From NCBI GenBank assembly GCA_964016885.1, contig OZ024741.1:111042001-111106000 (forward strand): DNA of 64,000 nt. Direction: 5' to 3'. The stretch is from Eledone cirrhosa. Its lineage: Eukaryota. Below are positions 39,201 to 53,135 of the stretch, in pieces. The first letter of the stretch is position 1. The number at the start of each line of letters is the position of its first letter. The position numbers and the translations under genes are program-made. The notes below the pieces were generated by a model, which saw only the letters and a list, made by a program, of their open reading frames with translations, was not told where the DNA came from and searched no databases.

Positions 39201-40513
39201 TTGTTATTAATTTTTCTTGTTACCTGCTTTTGTCTTCACATGTTTGTTACCTTCAAATCCCCACTGTTCCTGTTTATTGTATTGTCTTCAATGTTTTCAG
39301 TCCTAGTAACCAATAAAGCAATAAAGAAATTATTATTAGCTTTGCTTTTCATCTTTAAGTAACACACTGGGGTCGATTTAATCAACTTTCCCCACCCTTT
39401 CCCCACCCCTTCAAATTGCTGGCCTTGTGCCAATATCATCATCATCATTATTATTATTGTTGTTATCATTATCATTATTATTATTAGTAGTTCAATAAAG
39501 AAAACATTATTATTATTAGTAGTAGTGTTAGTGATAGTGGTATTGGTGGAGGTAGTAGTAGTAGTAGTATTTTCAAAGGGATGTGTTTTGGCTTGGTTGG
39601 CTGGATGACTTTGTATGTATGCACCACCACACACACACACACATAATGGCATGTTAAAGGAAGATAAAATAAGATGTGTACTTGAACAGTCTGATGATTT
39701 ATGTGGTGAAGGGATGAAATCAGAGATGTGAAAATAAGGCACAGTTGGTAGAGTAACAATGTCTAAAAACAGAACATAACTCAAGAATGTATCAGGTCTT
39801 AGGTGTTGATGTGATGTGGGTGTAGTCAGAGGAGTTAGTTAACACTAAATATTGTTGATATAAGCATATTTTTATTGTAAGAATACACAATATGATATAT
39901 AATTATATTTTGACTTGCAATTTACTGACCTTGATAAAATCATGAATATCATATAATCTCATTCTTTCTATAATTAACTCTTTTGATGCCAATCTACCTG
40001 AATCTACATATAGTTTTATACTATAAAAGCTCTAATTGCGAAGAGTTCATATTTAAATTCAGTCTTTCTATCATAATTTTCAGTAAAATATTTTTGTGAA
40101 TATATGTTCTTAAAACCATTTTAATAATGATTTCTGATTTAGGCACAAGAGAGGGTACTTTATTATTGGTACTTTATTTTATCAACTTAGGAATTTGAAC
40201 TCAGAACACAAATGGCCATTACTTTATGCCATGAATCATAGTGTCCACCACTCTACCGATATACCTAATTCACCACCATCTTAATAATGAAACAGTCAGA
40301 TATTTTACTAAATCCTTCCAAAGTCTAGCTTATTTACAGAATTCATTGTAACACACATATAGTATATTTAGTATGTGGTAACAAAAGGTTTAAATTTGTG
40401 GCTGCAGGTTTCATTAACAAATGCTTATATACAATACCAGATTGTGGAGGTGTGGGTAAAGCAATAAAATAAACAATGTCTAACACTATATATTTTGTGT
40501 TGTTTTGATTTAA

Positions 40514-40736
40514 CCCTTTAGCATTTAAACTGGCTGTATCCGGCCAGAATTCTCTCACCTCTTTTCCTGTTCAAACTGGCCATAACTGGCCACTCATACT
40601 GATGTTAAAGTATTGTTCCCAAAATAAATAATATCAAAATCTCATAGATTCGCTATTATGTGAGATAATTATGTGAAATAAAGTGTTTACCATGAAAATA
40701 CAGTAGTAAATATTGAGCACTGTAATTGCTAAAGGG
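40514..40736. mobile_element. piggyBac-type MITE
   Basis: TTAA|CCCTTTAGCA...TGCTAAAGGG|TTAA; a degraded inverted copy at about 31363-31586. Confidence 0.85.
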
Positions 40737-41931
40737 TTAAAATACTTCCCTTCCTATTGGGTCAATGAAATAAGTAGTAAGTATGTACTTGTATTGATTA
40801 CGTCAACTATATCTTTTATTTTATTATTTCTGGTCAATAAATCACTGAACCTGCTAGAAATTACATTCTAACATCCCTAAAAAAATGCAAAGCCCCACAT
40901 TCTATAATGTAGTCCTGGACACACTATGTAAGGATGAAGGATGGGAGCAGCAAGGAGTTTGAAGTGAAGGCCAGAGTGCATCATGGATCAATACTAAGTG
41001 ATAGAAATTTATGTGGAAGGAGTAGAAGAAAAGGAAGACCAAGAAAGACATGGTTAAAGATAATGGAGAAGGAAATGTCCTTAAAATGCTTGTTGTGTTG
41101 TTGTTATCCATATGAGAAACCAATATAAAATCAAATGTTTATGCCAACTTCATCACATATTTTGTAGCCATTTTCCTCCCAATCATATAGATTTATTGTC
41201 TTTAAGAAAAGAATGAACGTCATACAATCTAATGAAAGATGGTAGTGTATGTGGCCAACACGTTGATATATTATTGAATCTAACTTGTATATATGAGCTG
41301 ATAACTCTTTGTGCAGTCATAGTGGGGGGCATCATTCCTCTACAGTTCTAATTACAACCAATTTCTTCTAGAGGAGGAGAGAGAAAGTATAAAGAGACAT
41401 AGAGAAAGAATCCCCTCTCAGTACTGGACTGATGCATTTTTTATCAATCTTGAAAGGATGAAATGGAAAGCTGACCTTGGCAGGCTTTGAACTCCGAACT
41501 CAGAGAGCTAGAATGAATACTGTGAAGTCTTCTCTCCAACATTCTAATAACATCTGCTATGAATCTAATTACTAGGATAACTATTCTTAGAAGAAGTTCA
41601 AATCTTGAATGAGATCAATTTTGATTTCATCCTCAAGGGATTCATTGGTATTTATTTTGTAAATAACAATAACATATTTATGCTAATTAACCTAATATAT
41701 GTATTTCTCCACAAAAATTGGCATTGTGCCTCACCAAGGAATATATTATATCAAAGGTAACTTGCTGGTTGAAAGATCAAAGCAATTAATTAAATGCTTA
41801 ACATTATTGAGTTAAAAATCCCTTTAGGTCAACTTCCCTTTATTTTGGCTGGGTCATTAAAATATAATGAGTTGATTTGATTGACTATGTCATTCTTGCT
41901 AAAGAAAACGTCAGATTCTTATATAAGGAAT

Positions 41932-42215
41932 CATCATCATCATTTTACGTCCGCTTTTCCCTGCTTGCAAGGGTGGGACAGGAACTGATTCTGGCTTGAT
42001 TTCTACAGTTGGATGCCCTTCCTAACACCAACCTCATTTACAGTGAGTGCTGGGTGCTTTTTTCCGTGGCGCCTACACGTCAACTTTACAGTGTGGGCTG
42101 GGTGCTTTTTTGCTGTGGCACCTCCATGACCACTTTGCAGTGGAATGATAGGGAACCCAGTCCTATCATCTCATTTCTACAGCTGAGTAAACTGGAGCAA
42201 TGTGAAATAAAGGAA
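41932..42215 (-). mobile_element. Truncated RTE-tailed SINE
   Basis: Homologous to 25096-25430. Confidence 0.75.
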
Positions 42216-43176
42216 ACGTTTTCTATATTATTGTACATCATATAATTGTGTATGTAGATTAGCTGTAGTTCAGTTTATATTTACCAATAGGGGTTAGGAT
42301 GTTTGGCTCATAATAGTAAAAGTCATGAGTTTGATAAGTGGTGATGAGTTGTCTTCTTGAATAAGATACATTATTTTACATTGTTCCAGTCCACTCAGCA
42401 GGCAAAAATATGATCAGTCATAACATAATTCAAAAGGCTCTCTCACTGTGTCATGCTGAATCTCCCTGAGAACTACATTAAGAATGCACATATCTGTGAT
42501 ATGCTCAGCAACTTGTAAGTAAATTTTGTAAGCAGGTTGTTTAATTGTACGAACAGCTGGAACACTTTTTTCTGAAACTGACAGAAGTCCAACATGTGCA
42601 CACACACACATACAAATACAAATACACAAGCATACACATACACACACACAGAGACATACACCCACACACATATATATATAATATTAATTTTAGCAAACCA
42701 GCCAAATAGAATTCGTCCAAGATTGCTGTTTGCCACTCACTCCATGATTTTACAGAAATCGTATTTTGTAAATACAAACTTATATATCATAGTGGACGCA
42801 ATATGTTACATAGGGGAATAAACGGTGCTGTGTGGGAACACAAGAATAGGTGTCCCGGACCATGTGATTTATATTGATAAAATAAAGAACCTATTAACTA
42901 CTGGAGTTGATATAATTGACTATATCAATCCATCACCTAAATTTGTGGCCTTGTTTCTAGTGGTAGTGCCAGAGTTACAATAAAATGCTCTTAGTACATG
43001 ATGTAATGTGGTAGAAAGGGCATCCAGCCTTAGAAACAAAGCCAAAAAGGGAGCGCATGAGCAAGATACAATCATCTAATCACTCTAGTCTCAGTACATG
43101 ACGACCCATCTAACTCATACAAGTCTGGAAATAGACATTAAATGGGGATTAAGATGATGAAGAGGATATATGTGGA

Positions 43177-43208
<32 letters not shown>

Positions 43209-43209
<1 letters not shown>

Positions 43210-43597
43210 CATCATCATCATCATCACTGTTTTACGTCCATTCTTCAACGCTAGCATGGGTTAGATGGGTTTGTCCTGTTGTGGGCAGTGTCTGGTCGGC
43301 TGACCTTGTCTTGCTCATACTGGAACTGATTCTGGCTTGATTTCTACAGCTGGATGTCCTTCCTAACACCAACCTCATTTACAGTGAGTGCTGGGTGCTT
43401 TTTTGCCGTGGCACCTCCATGACCACTTTACAGTGGAATGATAGGAACCCAAGTCCTATCATCTCATTTCTACAGCTGAGTAAACTGGAGCAATGTGAAA
43501 GAAAGTGTCTTGTTCAAGGAAACAACACATCACCTGGTCTGAGAATTGAACTCACAACCTTTCGATTGCAAGCCCAATGCTCTAACCACTAAGCCAT
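43209..43597 (-). mobile_element. tRNA-headed, RTE-tailed SINE
   Basis: Homologous to 25096-25529; (TGA)n tail. Confidence 0.8.
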
Positions 43598-43603
43598 GTG
43601 CCT

Positions 43604-46600
43604 ATCATCATCATCATCATCATCATCAGGTTTAGCGTCCGTGTTCCACGCTTGCATGGGTTTGGACGGGGGTTTTCCCACTTGAGGCAAGAGTGGTTGT
43701 CTTGCTCGCATAGGACTGTCTGGCGGGTTTTCTACAGTTGGATGCCCTTCCTAACACCAACCACATTTACAGTGTGGGGCTGGGAGGTTTTTACCGTGTT
43801 GCCTACACGGCCACATTACAGCGTGGACTGTCTGGCGGGTTTTCTACAGCTGGATGCCCTTCCTAACACCAACCACATTTACAGTGTGGGGCTGGGAGGT
43901 TTTTACCGTGTTGCCTACACGGCCACATTTACAGCGTGGACTGTGTGTTTTTTGTCGTGACACCTACACGATCTCATTTGTTTCGGCCTGGATGTTGTGG
44001 GACCAACATAGCTTTACATTGAAAGGGGCGGTGTGGGTGGGGTGGAGGTGGTGGGACGGGGGTGTGTTTTGATAGAGATGCCTACTGACTGTAGTAGGTT
44101 TTTACTTTGTATTTAGGTAAGGCGGGTCTTCTCTATTACTGAGTACCGCCAAAGGTCTCGGTCCAGTGACATTGTCTTGGAGAGGTGTAAGCGTGTGAGG
44201 TCGGAATTTATCAGCTCGTCCCATGTTTTTCTGGGTCTGCCTACTCCGTGGCTACCGTCTATCTTTATTGCCCTGCACTTTGTTATACAGCTGTCGTCTT
44301 TCATGCGCATCACGTGACCGTACCAACGTAGCCTTCTCTCGAGTAAACAACATCTGATCCCTCTTATTTCTAATTTTTTCCTTAGTTCGTTTATGCTTTG
44401 CCGTTCACGTATATTACTATTGCACATCCAACGGAGCATGCAAGCTTCGTTCCTCTCTAGTCTGCGTATATCCTCTGCACACAATGCCCAGGTCTCACTG
44501 CCATGCAGCATTGCTGTTCGTAAGCAGGCATCGTATAACCTGCCTTTCATTTTTAGGGAGAACCTTCTAGCGGCTAATAGTGGTATAAGCTCTCTGAACT
44601 TTTTCCATCCAGTTCTGACTCTAGCTACTGTACTTTCAGAGCACCCTCCCCCACTGCTGATTTTGTCACCCAGATAACGGAAGCTGTCCACTATTTCTAT
44701 AGAACCCTCTGCGCAGTTGAAGGAGCTAGTATTTTGTGGGCACTTGCTGCTACTTATTGCACCAGAGCACCGGCCACATGTAAAATCTATGTTCTTAGTT
44801 AGCTTACCTGTGATCCCACTACATCTTTTATGCACCCATACTTTGCATTTGGGACATAAAATGGAGTTTCTACCTACGCCTTTCCTACACACTGAGCATG
44901 GCCATTTCCCAGATGGGACCGCCGCCTTATTTTCTTTCCTACAAACTAGAACTTTAGTCTTAGCCAGGTTAATTTTAAGGCCTTTTGATTCTAGGCCGTG
45001 CTTCCATGTTTGGAATTTCTTCTCTAGTTCGGTCATTGATTCAGCTATGAGCGTTAGATCATCTGCGTATAGGAGTTCCCATGGGCAGCCGGTCTTGAAC
45101 TCCTCTGTTATAGCCTGAAGGGCAATAATAAATAGTAGGGGGCTAAGAACAGAGCCCTGATGGACACCAACTTTTACGCTAAACTCTTCACTATATTCGT
45201 TGTTAATTCTAACCTTACTGACTGTTTCTTTATACATGGCTTGTATAGCTCTCACAAGCCATTCGTCAACTCCTAGTTTTCTAAGAGACCACCAGATAAT
45301 GGAACGGGGGACTCTGTCGAAGGCTTTCTCCAAGTCGACGAAAGCTAAGTATAGGGGTTTACTTTTAGCTAGGTACTTCTCCTGTAGTTGTCGTACAATG
45401 AAAAGAGCGTCTGTGGTACTTTTGCCTGACACAAACCCGAACTGCATTTCATCTAGATCAATTCTCTCTCTGATTAGTTGCGCTATTACTTTTTCCGTGA
45501 CCTTCATGACCTGGTCGATTAATTTAATGCCTCTATAGTTACTCCTATCTAAGGCATCTCCTTTTCCCTTATAGCAGTTAACGATGATGCTGCTACGCCA
45601 TTCCTTCGGAACAACCCCATTCTGTACGACTTGGTTAACAATCCGGGTGACCATGGTGTGTCCCACCGAACCAGATGCCTTCAGCATCTCAGCAACTATT
45701 TCCGAAGGCCCAGCCGCCTTACCCGTCTTCATATCTTTGATTGCCTTACTTATTATACTACCTTCAACTAACACTGCTGGTCCCTCTATTGGATCGATCT
45801 GGGGGAGACTGTCTTTCTCCCATTTGTTCTCCTCATTTAGAAGCCTTTCGTAGTGACACTTCCAAGCTACCTTCTTATCAGCGTCGGTGATGGCAAGTAT
45901 GCCATCATCGTTAAGTACACACTTCTCCCCGACAATATCACGGTTTTCCTTGACACATTGCCTGGCAATCCTGAACACCTCACGTTTTTGGTCCTCACGT
46001 TGTAGAACATGCTTGAACTTTCTTTCCTCTGCTTCCCTTCTTGCGAAGTACACTTGTCTCCTAGCTTTCCTCCTGGCCACTTGATAGTCTTCTCTACTTC
46101 CCCCATCCCGCCATACTTTCCAAGCCTGCTTTTTGGCCTTAATTGACTCCTCCACCTTACTTTTCCACCACCATGTTACTCTCCTCCTACCTACAGGCCT
46201 GCTCCAGCCACAGACTTCGTCTGCCGCCGTCAGCAGGTTTGCTCTCAGGAATTCCCACTGTTCCTCTATATTATACGACTCTAATTGCTCTTCCTTACTG
46301 TCGAAAGCGTCAAGTAATATGCTTTGAAATTTATTTCTGGCTATGGGGTCCTTTAGCTTCCATATTTTTCTCCTGAGGATAGTCCTCTTCCGCTGTCTAG
46401 TACGTCTCGTCCTGACTATGAGGTCGCTAATTATCAGTCTATGTTGGGAGGTGAATTCTTCATGGGGGTGGGATTTAGTGTTAACAACAGACACTCTGTC
46501 ACGTCTTCTGGTAAGGATATAATCTACCTGGCTTGTGTGTTCCCCCGATCTATAGGTGATCAAGTGATTGTCTCGTTTTTTGAAGTTAGTGTTACAGATA

Positions 46601-47005
46601 GTTAAGTTATTTGCGTCGCAGAATTCCAGGATTCTGGAGCCTTCCTCATTTCTAGTACCGAACCCATAGCCTCCATGGATTCCGTCATAGCCGTCACAAT
46701 GTTGTCCAATGTGACCATTTAGGTCGCCTGCAATAACTATATAGTCACTGTCGGTTATTTGGGAGGTAGCGAGCATCAGTGTCTCGTAGAATCTGTCTTT
46801 TATAGCGCCGGGCAGTCCGGATTGGGGTGCGTACGCAGATATTACTGTCACCGTAGTTTTATTGAGGACAAGTCTTATTTGAATTATTCTGTCGTTCACT
46901 CTATTTACGTCTATTATCTTATCTGCCCACTTTTCTGCTACCATGATTCCTACCCCACCCAACCCATTGTCATTTCCCACCCAGAAAAGCTTATAGCATC
47001 GTTCT
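43604..47005 (-). mobile_element. Young RTE-clade LINE, slightly 5'-truncated
   Basis: Long open ORF, 3' UTR with an about 112-bp tandem duplication (43713-43940), (TGA)n tail. Confidence 0.95.
44113..46980 (-). CDS. RTE ORF: APE endonuclease, reverse transcriptase and PHD-like Cys cluster (N-terminus missing)
   Basis: 955 aa without stops: AYAPQ, GDLNGH, VDYIL, QHRLI; NYRGIKL, DLEKAFD, QGSVLSP, YADD; CSVC...CPKC..WVHKRC...CGRC. Confidence 0.95.
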   Translation of the reverse strand: MGNDNGLGGVGIMVAEKWADKIIDVNRVNDRIIQIRLVLNKTTVTVISAYAPQSGLPGAIKDRFYETLMLATSQITDSDYIVIAGDLNGHIGQHCDGYDGIHGGYGFGTRNEEGSRILEFCDANNLTICNTNFKKRDNHLITYRSGEHTSQVDYILTRRRDRVSVVNTKSHPHEEFTSQHRLIISDLIVRTRRTRQRKRTILRRKIWKLKDPIARNKFQSILLDAFDSKEEQLESYNIEEQWEFLRANLLTAADEVCGWSRPVGRRRVTWWWKSKVEESIKAKKQAWKVWRDGGSREDYQVARRKARRQVYFARREAEERKFKHVLQREDQKREVFRIARQCVKENRDIVGEKCVLNDDGILAITDADKKVAWKCHYERLLNEENKWEKDSLPQIDPIEGPAVLVEGSIISKAIKDMKTGKAAGPSEIVAEMLKASGSVGHTMVTRIVNQVVQNGVVPKEWRSSIIVNCYKGKGDALDRSNYRGIKLIDQVMKVTEKVIAQLIRERIDLDEMQFGFVSGKSTTDALFIVRQLQEKYLAKSKPLYLAFVDLEKAFDRVPRSIIWWSLRKLGVDEWLVRAIQAMYKETVSKVRINNEYSEEFSVKVGVHQGSVLSPLLFIIALQAITEEFKTGCPWELLYADDLTLIAESMTELEKKFQTWKHGLESKGLKINLAKTKVLVCRKENKAAVPSGKWPCSVCRKGVGRNSILCPKCKVWVHKRCSGITGKLTKNIDFTCGRCSGAISSSKCPQNTSSFNCAEGSIEIVDSFRYLGDKISSGGGCSESTVARVRTGWKKFRELIPLLAARRFSLKMKGRLYDACLRTAMLHGSETWALCAEDIRRLERNEACMLRWMCNSNIRERQSINELRKKLEIRGIRCCLLERRLRWYGHVMRMKDDSCITKCRAIKIDGSHGVGRPRKTWDELINSDLTRLHLSKTMSLDRDLWRYSVIEKTRLT

Positions 47006-47543
47006 TATATATATATATATTGCTGTGTATTGTAAGAGGCAACTGAAAAGGTTGGTATCTGGAAGAGAATCTAGATGTAAAACATAGTCTTAAAACATCC
47101 CATCCAATGCATGCCAGCACGAAAAATGATGCTGATAATGATGGAGATTTACTTATGTTGCTAATACCATCAAGAAAAGTAATCTTTATAAATTTATTGC
47201 GCTATCCCTAAGTAAAAAAAAAAAAAATTTATATTCCTCTGTAATTTAAGAAATAAATAATACATAAAATATCTTTATTAGTTTGTTTTCATCTATGTGT
47301 GAACTACATTTCAATGTTTCTATATTCTCAGCCAAGTATCTAGTCTCAATCAATTTGACATTTTCCAAAGCATTAATCTATTAGAGACAAAAAGACAAAA
47401 ACAGTGTACTGATGTAGCTTACTATTGAGTGAAATATTCTCCTCACTAGTCCAACATAAAAAAGCTCTTTGTTTATGCATATTGATACTCAAGAACTATT
47501 CAATCATGCCCTTTTATTTGGAAGTTAACAATATCACCAGCAA

Positions 47544-47845
47544 TCTTTATATATATAAAAGCGAGGATGTGTGTGTTTGTGTACAACTTTGGATACCTAA
47601 GGCTTATACAATTACCAACCGAATTTGACCAAATTTTCTGTGCACGTTGCAATCGACCCACGTTGAGCAATAAAAAATCGATATCAAAATTATCGGTAGC
47701 AAAATTGATGTAAGGGAGATAACCAACTTTATTGACAATCCTTATAAAAAAAAGGGAGATAACCAACTTTATTGACAATCCTTATAAAGAGAGTGAGATA
47801 TGGAAACCTCTTTTACTTCCGAGCAACGCCGGGTAAATCTGCTAG
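47544..47845 (+). mobile_element. 302-bp non-autonomous Helitron
   Basis: A|TCTTTATATATATAAAAG...ccgagcaacgccggg...ctgCTAG|T; internal ~40-bp duplication. Confidence 0.9.
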
Positions 47846-48169
47846 TAACGAATAAAGCAGTAGCATGTTTTATGTTTTTTAATTATTTTTTTAATACTGT
47901 TTTGGTTTAGACAACTCTGAAACACATTTTTAAAGCATCATGGTCTTGTGTCAGTTCATTTGTGAGGATAAAAATTCTCAGATCTCAATTTCTTCCGATA
48001 CACTTGTAGAATGTTAGTGTTGACGTCTAACTATAGGAACCCTGCCAAACATGGAATATAATGAGTAAGATGAAGTCACTCCAACCTATATGGTCTTGGA
48101 CCATGACAATCCTTCAAACCCATGCTAGCATGGAAAGTGAAATGATGTTAATACTTTTCCCTAAATTTT

Positions 48170-49290
48170 CTTTAGTTCATATATATATAAACAATATTTT
48201 TTCTTCAGCTCCATTTTTCTCGAACCTTTGCATATCCTCTGCATTCACTGCCCATATCTCTACCATGTAGTACCACACATCACACACAGGTATCATACAT
48301 CTGACCTTTTGTTATAGACAACCTTTTGTTGTCAATAGAGGTAGTAGCTTCCTGAACTTTTTCCATTCTATTCTTATTCTATATATCATGTTCTTGGAGC
48401 AACCTCCTTCACTACTAACTAGATTACTGAGCTATCAGAAGCTATCAATTACTTCTATGGAGCCTTCCTGGGATTGGAAAAAGTTTATTTTGCTGGTGTT
48501 CTTTACCAACTATCCTTGAACATCTACTACATACAAAGTCTACCTTTTCTGTTAGTCTGCCTACTATCCTACTACACCTCTTGTGTACCCAAGATTTACA
48601 TTGTGTACATCATGTAGAGTTTATACTTACTCCTTTTCTACATATAGAGCAAGGTCACTTCCCTAAAGGGATCAGGGTTCTGTCTTCCTTCCTACTTACT
48701 AAAACTTTGATTTTTGCTAAGTTTACTCTATACCCATTTGTTTCTAAATTCTATTTCTACTGTAGGAATTTCTTCTTTAGCTCTACCACATACTCAGCTA
48801 TAAGACCCAGTATACAGAAGTTCCCATGGACAGCCAGTCATAAACTCTTGTTATTGTCTGAAGACCTATAATAAACAGGAGTGGGCTGAGGACTCAACCC
48901 TGATGAACTCCTACAGGCACATTAAATTATTCTCTTAACTCATTAGCTACTTTCACTTTACTAATTGCTCATCTGTACATGGATTGCACTGCTCTTACAA
49001 AGCTTTCTTCTACACCTAATCTCCTTAAGGACCACCAGATGACAGATTGTGGTACTCTGTCTGAGGCCTTCCCTAGATCAATGAAAGCTACATATAGTGG
49101 CCTACACTCAGCTAGGAACCTCTTTTGTAGTTGCTTCACTAAAAAGAGGGTTTTGTAGTACTCTTCCCTGGTATAAAGCGAAACTGCATCTGATCTAGTT
49201 TGACTCTTTCCCTAATTAGTTGTGCTAAAACTCTTTCTGTCACTTACATAATTTGGTCTATTAGTTGTATGCTCCTGTAGTTGCTTCTTT
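48170..49290 (-). mobile_element. Old degraded RTE LINE fragment
   Basis: Collinear similarity to 44450-45545 (GVHQG...SPLLFII, GCPWELLY) with many disruptions. Confidence 0.8.
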
Positions 49291-49902
49291 ATGTATGTAT
49301 GTTTTTTTTATGTTTGTGTGTGTACCATAGCTTTTTAGTAACTGCACCCCACCCTCCCACTCTGTCCATCATCATTCCCACCCCTTGTCTCTCATATCAA
49401 CTTATTTTGTACATATGGCCTAACACAGAGAAGCATGTAAAACAGAGAGTAACTTAAACATTATATCTTCTAATGTGTTATAATAACAACAGATGTATAA
49501 ACATTAATAATAACAACAGCTATAAAAGTATACTAAAAGTACAATCATGGTAGCTTTTAACTGGAAGGCACATCAGATATTAGTGCAGAGGAAGATAAAA
49601 ATAGTTGCAGAAAATTGACTTCTCAACCTAACACTGTGTTATATTTAGCCTACACTACAAGCCATAGTGTACATCTGATGTGTAATTATACACACAGGCA
49701 AACACATACACACATTCACACACATACACACACAAACATACACAGTCAAACCCTCCCACATACATATACAGGCAACCATGTGTACACAGGTAAGCACATG
49801 GTTAACACACACAGGCAAACACATGCACACACACATACTCATACACACAGGCAAATACACATACACATATCTGTATGTATGTATGTATGTATATGTATGT
49901 AT

Positions 49903-50510
49903 GTCAGGTCACCAGTTGGTGCTACTGGTAACATGTATCCCAGTACAACCTGTCTCATGGTCGGGTCGTTGGCGACTAAACTGGCAACCCCACCAAGGTT
50001 TCTTGGTGAGGAGGGTGACTTTGGACATCCTGCAGGACTAAAAACAAAACCTGTCAAAGGGCAAGGGAGCTCTTAAGAGTCAATGGCCATCCAAAATCAC
50101 CGGGAGAGATGACCCCTTAGCCTTTGTCAAGGCAGAATTCTAGGAGAAGGAAAACTCTGATATAACACCTGCAACCCTGATGGTATCCAATGATGTTGAC
50201 TTGTTCTTCTTTTTGGTAAATATCATCTTGGTTAAGAGAGTGGGACTGGCTTTGTGCAGTGCCTTTGCTCACTATAAAAGCTTCACAGCACAGGCATTGC
50301 TTTATATCTGGAGATCTCTCTGCACTTGTCATCACATGGTACCATGGGCCCTGCACTATGTGTCAATAATGGTCACAAGTGTAGTCTTTGTACCAGAGTT
50401 TTCAAGTCGCTGGCTGGACTAAAAAGTCACATTCGTTCAGCGCATCGGTAGGGGTTCTCCTACATGGATATAAAGTAGTGGCCGTACTCGAAAACGAGTT
50501 GGCAGCCACC
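49903..50510 (+). mobile_element. 608-bp bipartite RTE-derived non-autonomous element
   Basis: RTE 5'UTR-like motif ggcagaattctaggagaaggaaaactctga, a terminal C2H2 finger [25 protein letters not shown], a 3' stem-loop and an (ATGT)n tail. Confidence 0.75.
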
Positions 50511-50700
50511 ATATGTATGTATACATATGTATGTATATATATATATATATATATGTGTGTATATATGTATGTATGTATATATATATATATGTCTGTATAT
50601 ATATGTATGATATGTATGTATATATGTATATGTATGTATATATATATCATCATCATCATCATTGTTTAACGTCCATCTTCCACGCTAGCATGGGTTAGAC

Positions 50701-50872
50701 CAAAGGTTCTCAACGGGGGGGGGGGCATATGCACCCCCAGGGGGCGTTTTGTAACTCCAGGGGGCCGTTTGGGAGCAAGGTCGCGTTTGGAGCTGGGGGA
50801 GGGGGTTAGGGGCGCGCTGGATTTTTCCATTTTTAGGATCTCAATTATCGGACATGCCTGCTCACAGCTGCG
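50701..50872 (+). mobile_element. Left end of the same Buster-type hAT family, inserted in an RTE-tailed SINE (50647-51018)
   Basis: ggtTAgac|caaaggttctcaacggggggg...catatgca matches 22865 onward; right end absent. Confidence 0.8.
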
Positions 50873-51197
50873 GTCCCTATCATCTCATTTCTACAGCTGA
50901 GTAAACTGGAGCAATGTGAAATAAAGTGTCTTGCTCAAGGAAACAACACATCACCCGGTCTGAGAATTGAATTCACAACCTTTCGATTGCAAAGCCAATG
51001 CTCTAACCACTAAGCCATGTATACATATGGAGGCACATATATATATGTATATATATATATATGTATATATATACATATATATACATATATATATATGTAT
51101 ATATATACATATATATACATATATAGGCATATATATATACATATATATATACATATATAGGCATATATATATACATATATAGGCACGTATATATATG

Positions 51198-51258
<61 letters not shown>

Positions 51259-51273
51259 GTATATATTTATATA

Positions 51274-52429
<1,156 letters not shown>

Positions 52430-52431
52430 TG

Positions 52432-52524
<93 letters not shown>

Positions 52525-52669
52525 GTATATATATACATGTAAAGTTATATTTAAAATTGTTGGGTTACAACTAGTAAATATTTATAACTGATATAAAAGC
52601 ACTCGACAAATACTTGGAGTATATTTACAATATTACATAAATGGAAAACTATATTTATAAAACCATATT

Positions 52670-52735
52670 TATTTCATTATATATATTTCGGGGATATCAT
52701 ATTAACAATATGCTATGCCTTCATCAGACAAAATA
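52670..52735 (-). ncRNA. Type I minimal hammerhead ribozyme of the Penelope-like element
   Basis: tattttgt-CTGATGA-aggcatagcatattgttaatatgatatcccc-GAAA-T-atat-A-TA-atgaaata: 8-bp stem I with two G.U pairs and a palindromic loop III. Confidence 0.8.
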
Positions 52736-53100
52736 CAATATAAACAGTTTTATAGATAAATATATTCGACATACCGTAATAAACATCAACTTCATTTGAA
52801 GAGGTTCACTCTAGCAGTGAAAATACAGAGAGAAAGAAAGAGAGAGAGAAAAGAGGGAAATAAGAAAGAAAGAAAGACGAAACGAAGAAAAGGAAGAAAA
52901 AGAAGAAAAAGAAGAAATGCATGGGACAAAATAGAGAGATGGAAAAATAGATAAAGCGAAGAGCTTCATGTAAAGAGACCGAAAGAGATATATATATATA
53001 TATAGAGAGAGAGGAAATAGAGATAGATACATATATAAATATAGATATAGAAAAATTAGGTAGTGGGAGGTCATTTTGAGTAAGTGTATCAATGATGCAT

Positions 53101-53135
<35 letters not shown>

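Larger units (their letters stand above)
34717..47880 (-). pseudogene. Possible multi-exon gene relic of unknown identity
   Basis: AG/GT-bounded candidate exons at 47168-47207, 39682-39762, 38415-38481, 37320-37397 and 34717-34766, plus one ending at a donor at 47423. Phases can be chained, but several exons contain stops. No homolog recognised. Confidence 0.3.

Noticed and set aside
49903-50060. Canonical HDV-like ribozyme at the 5' end of the bipartite element
   Set aside because: Several P1/P2/P4 pairings and CTAA segments exist, but no parse gave a proper P3/L3/P1.1.
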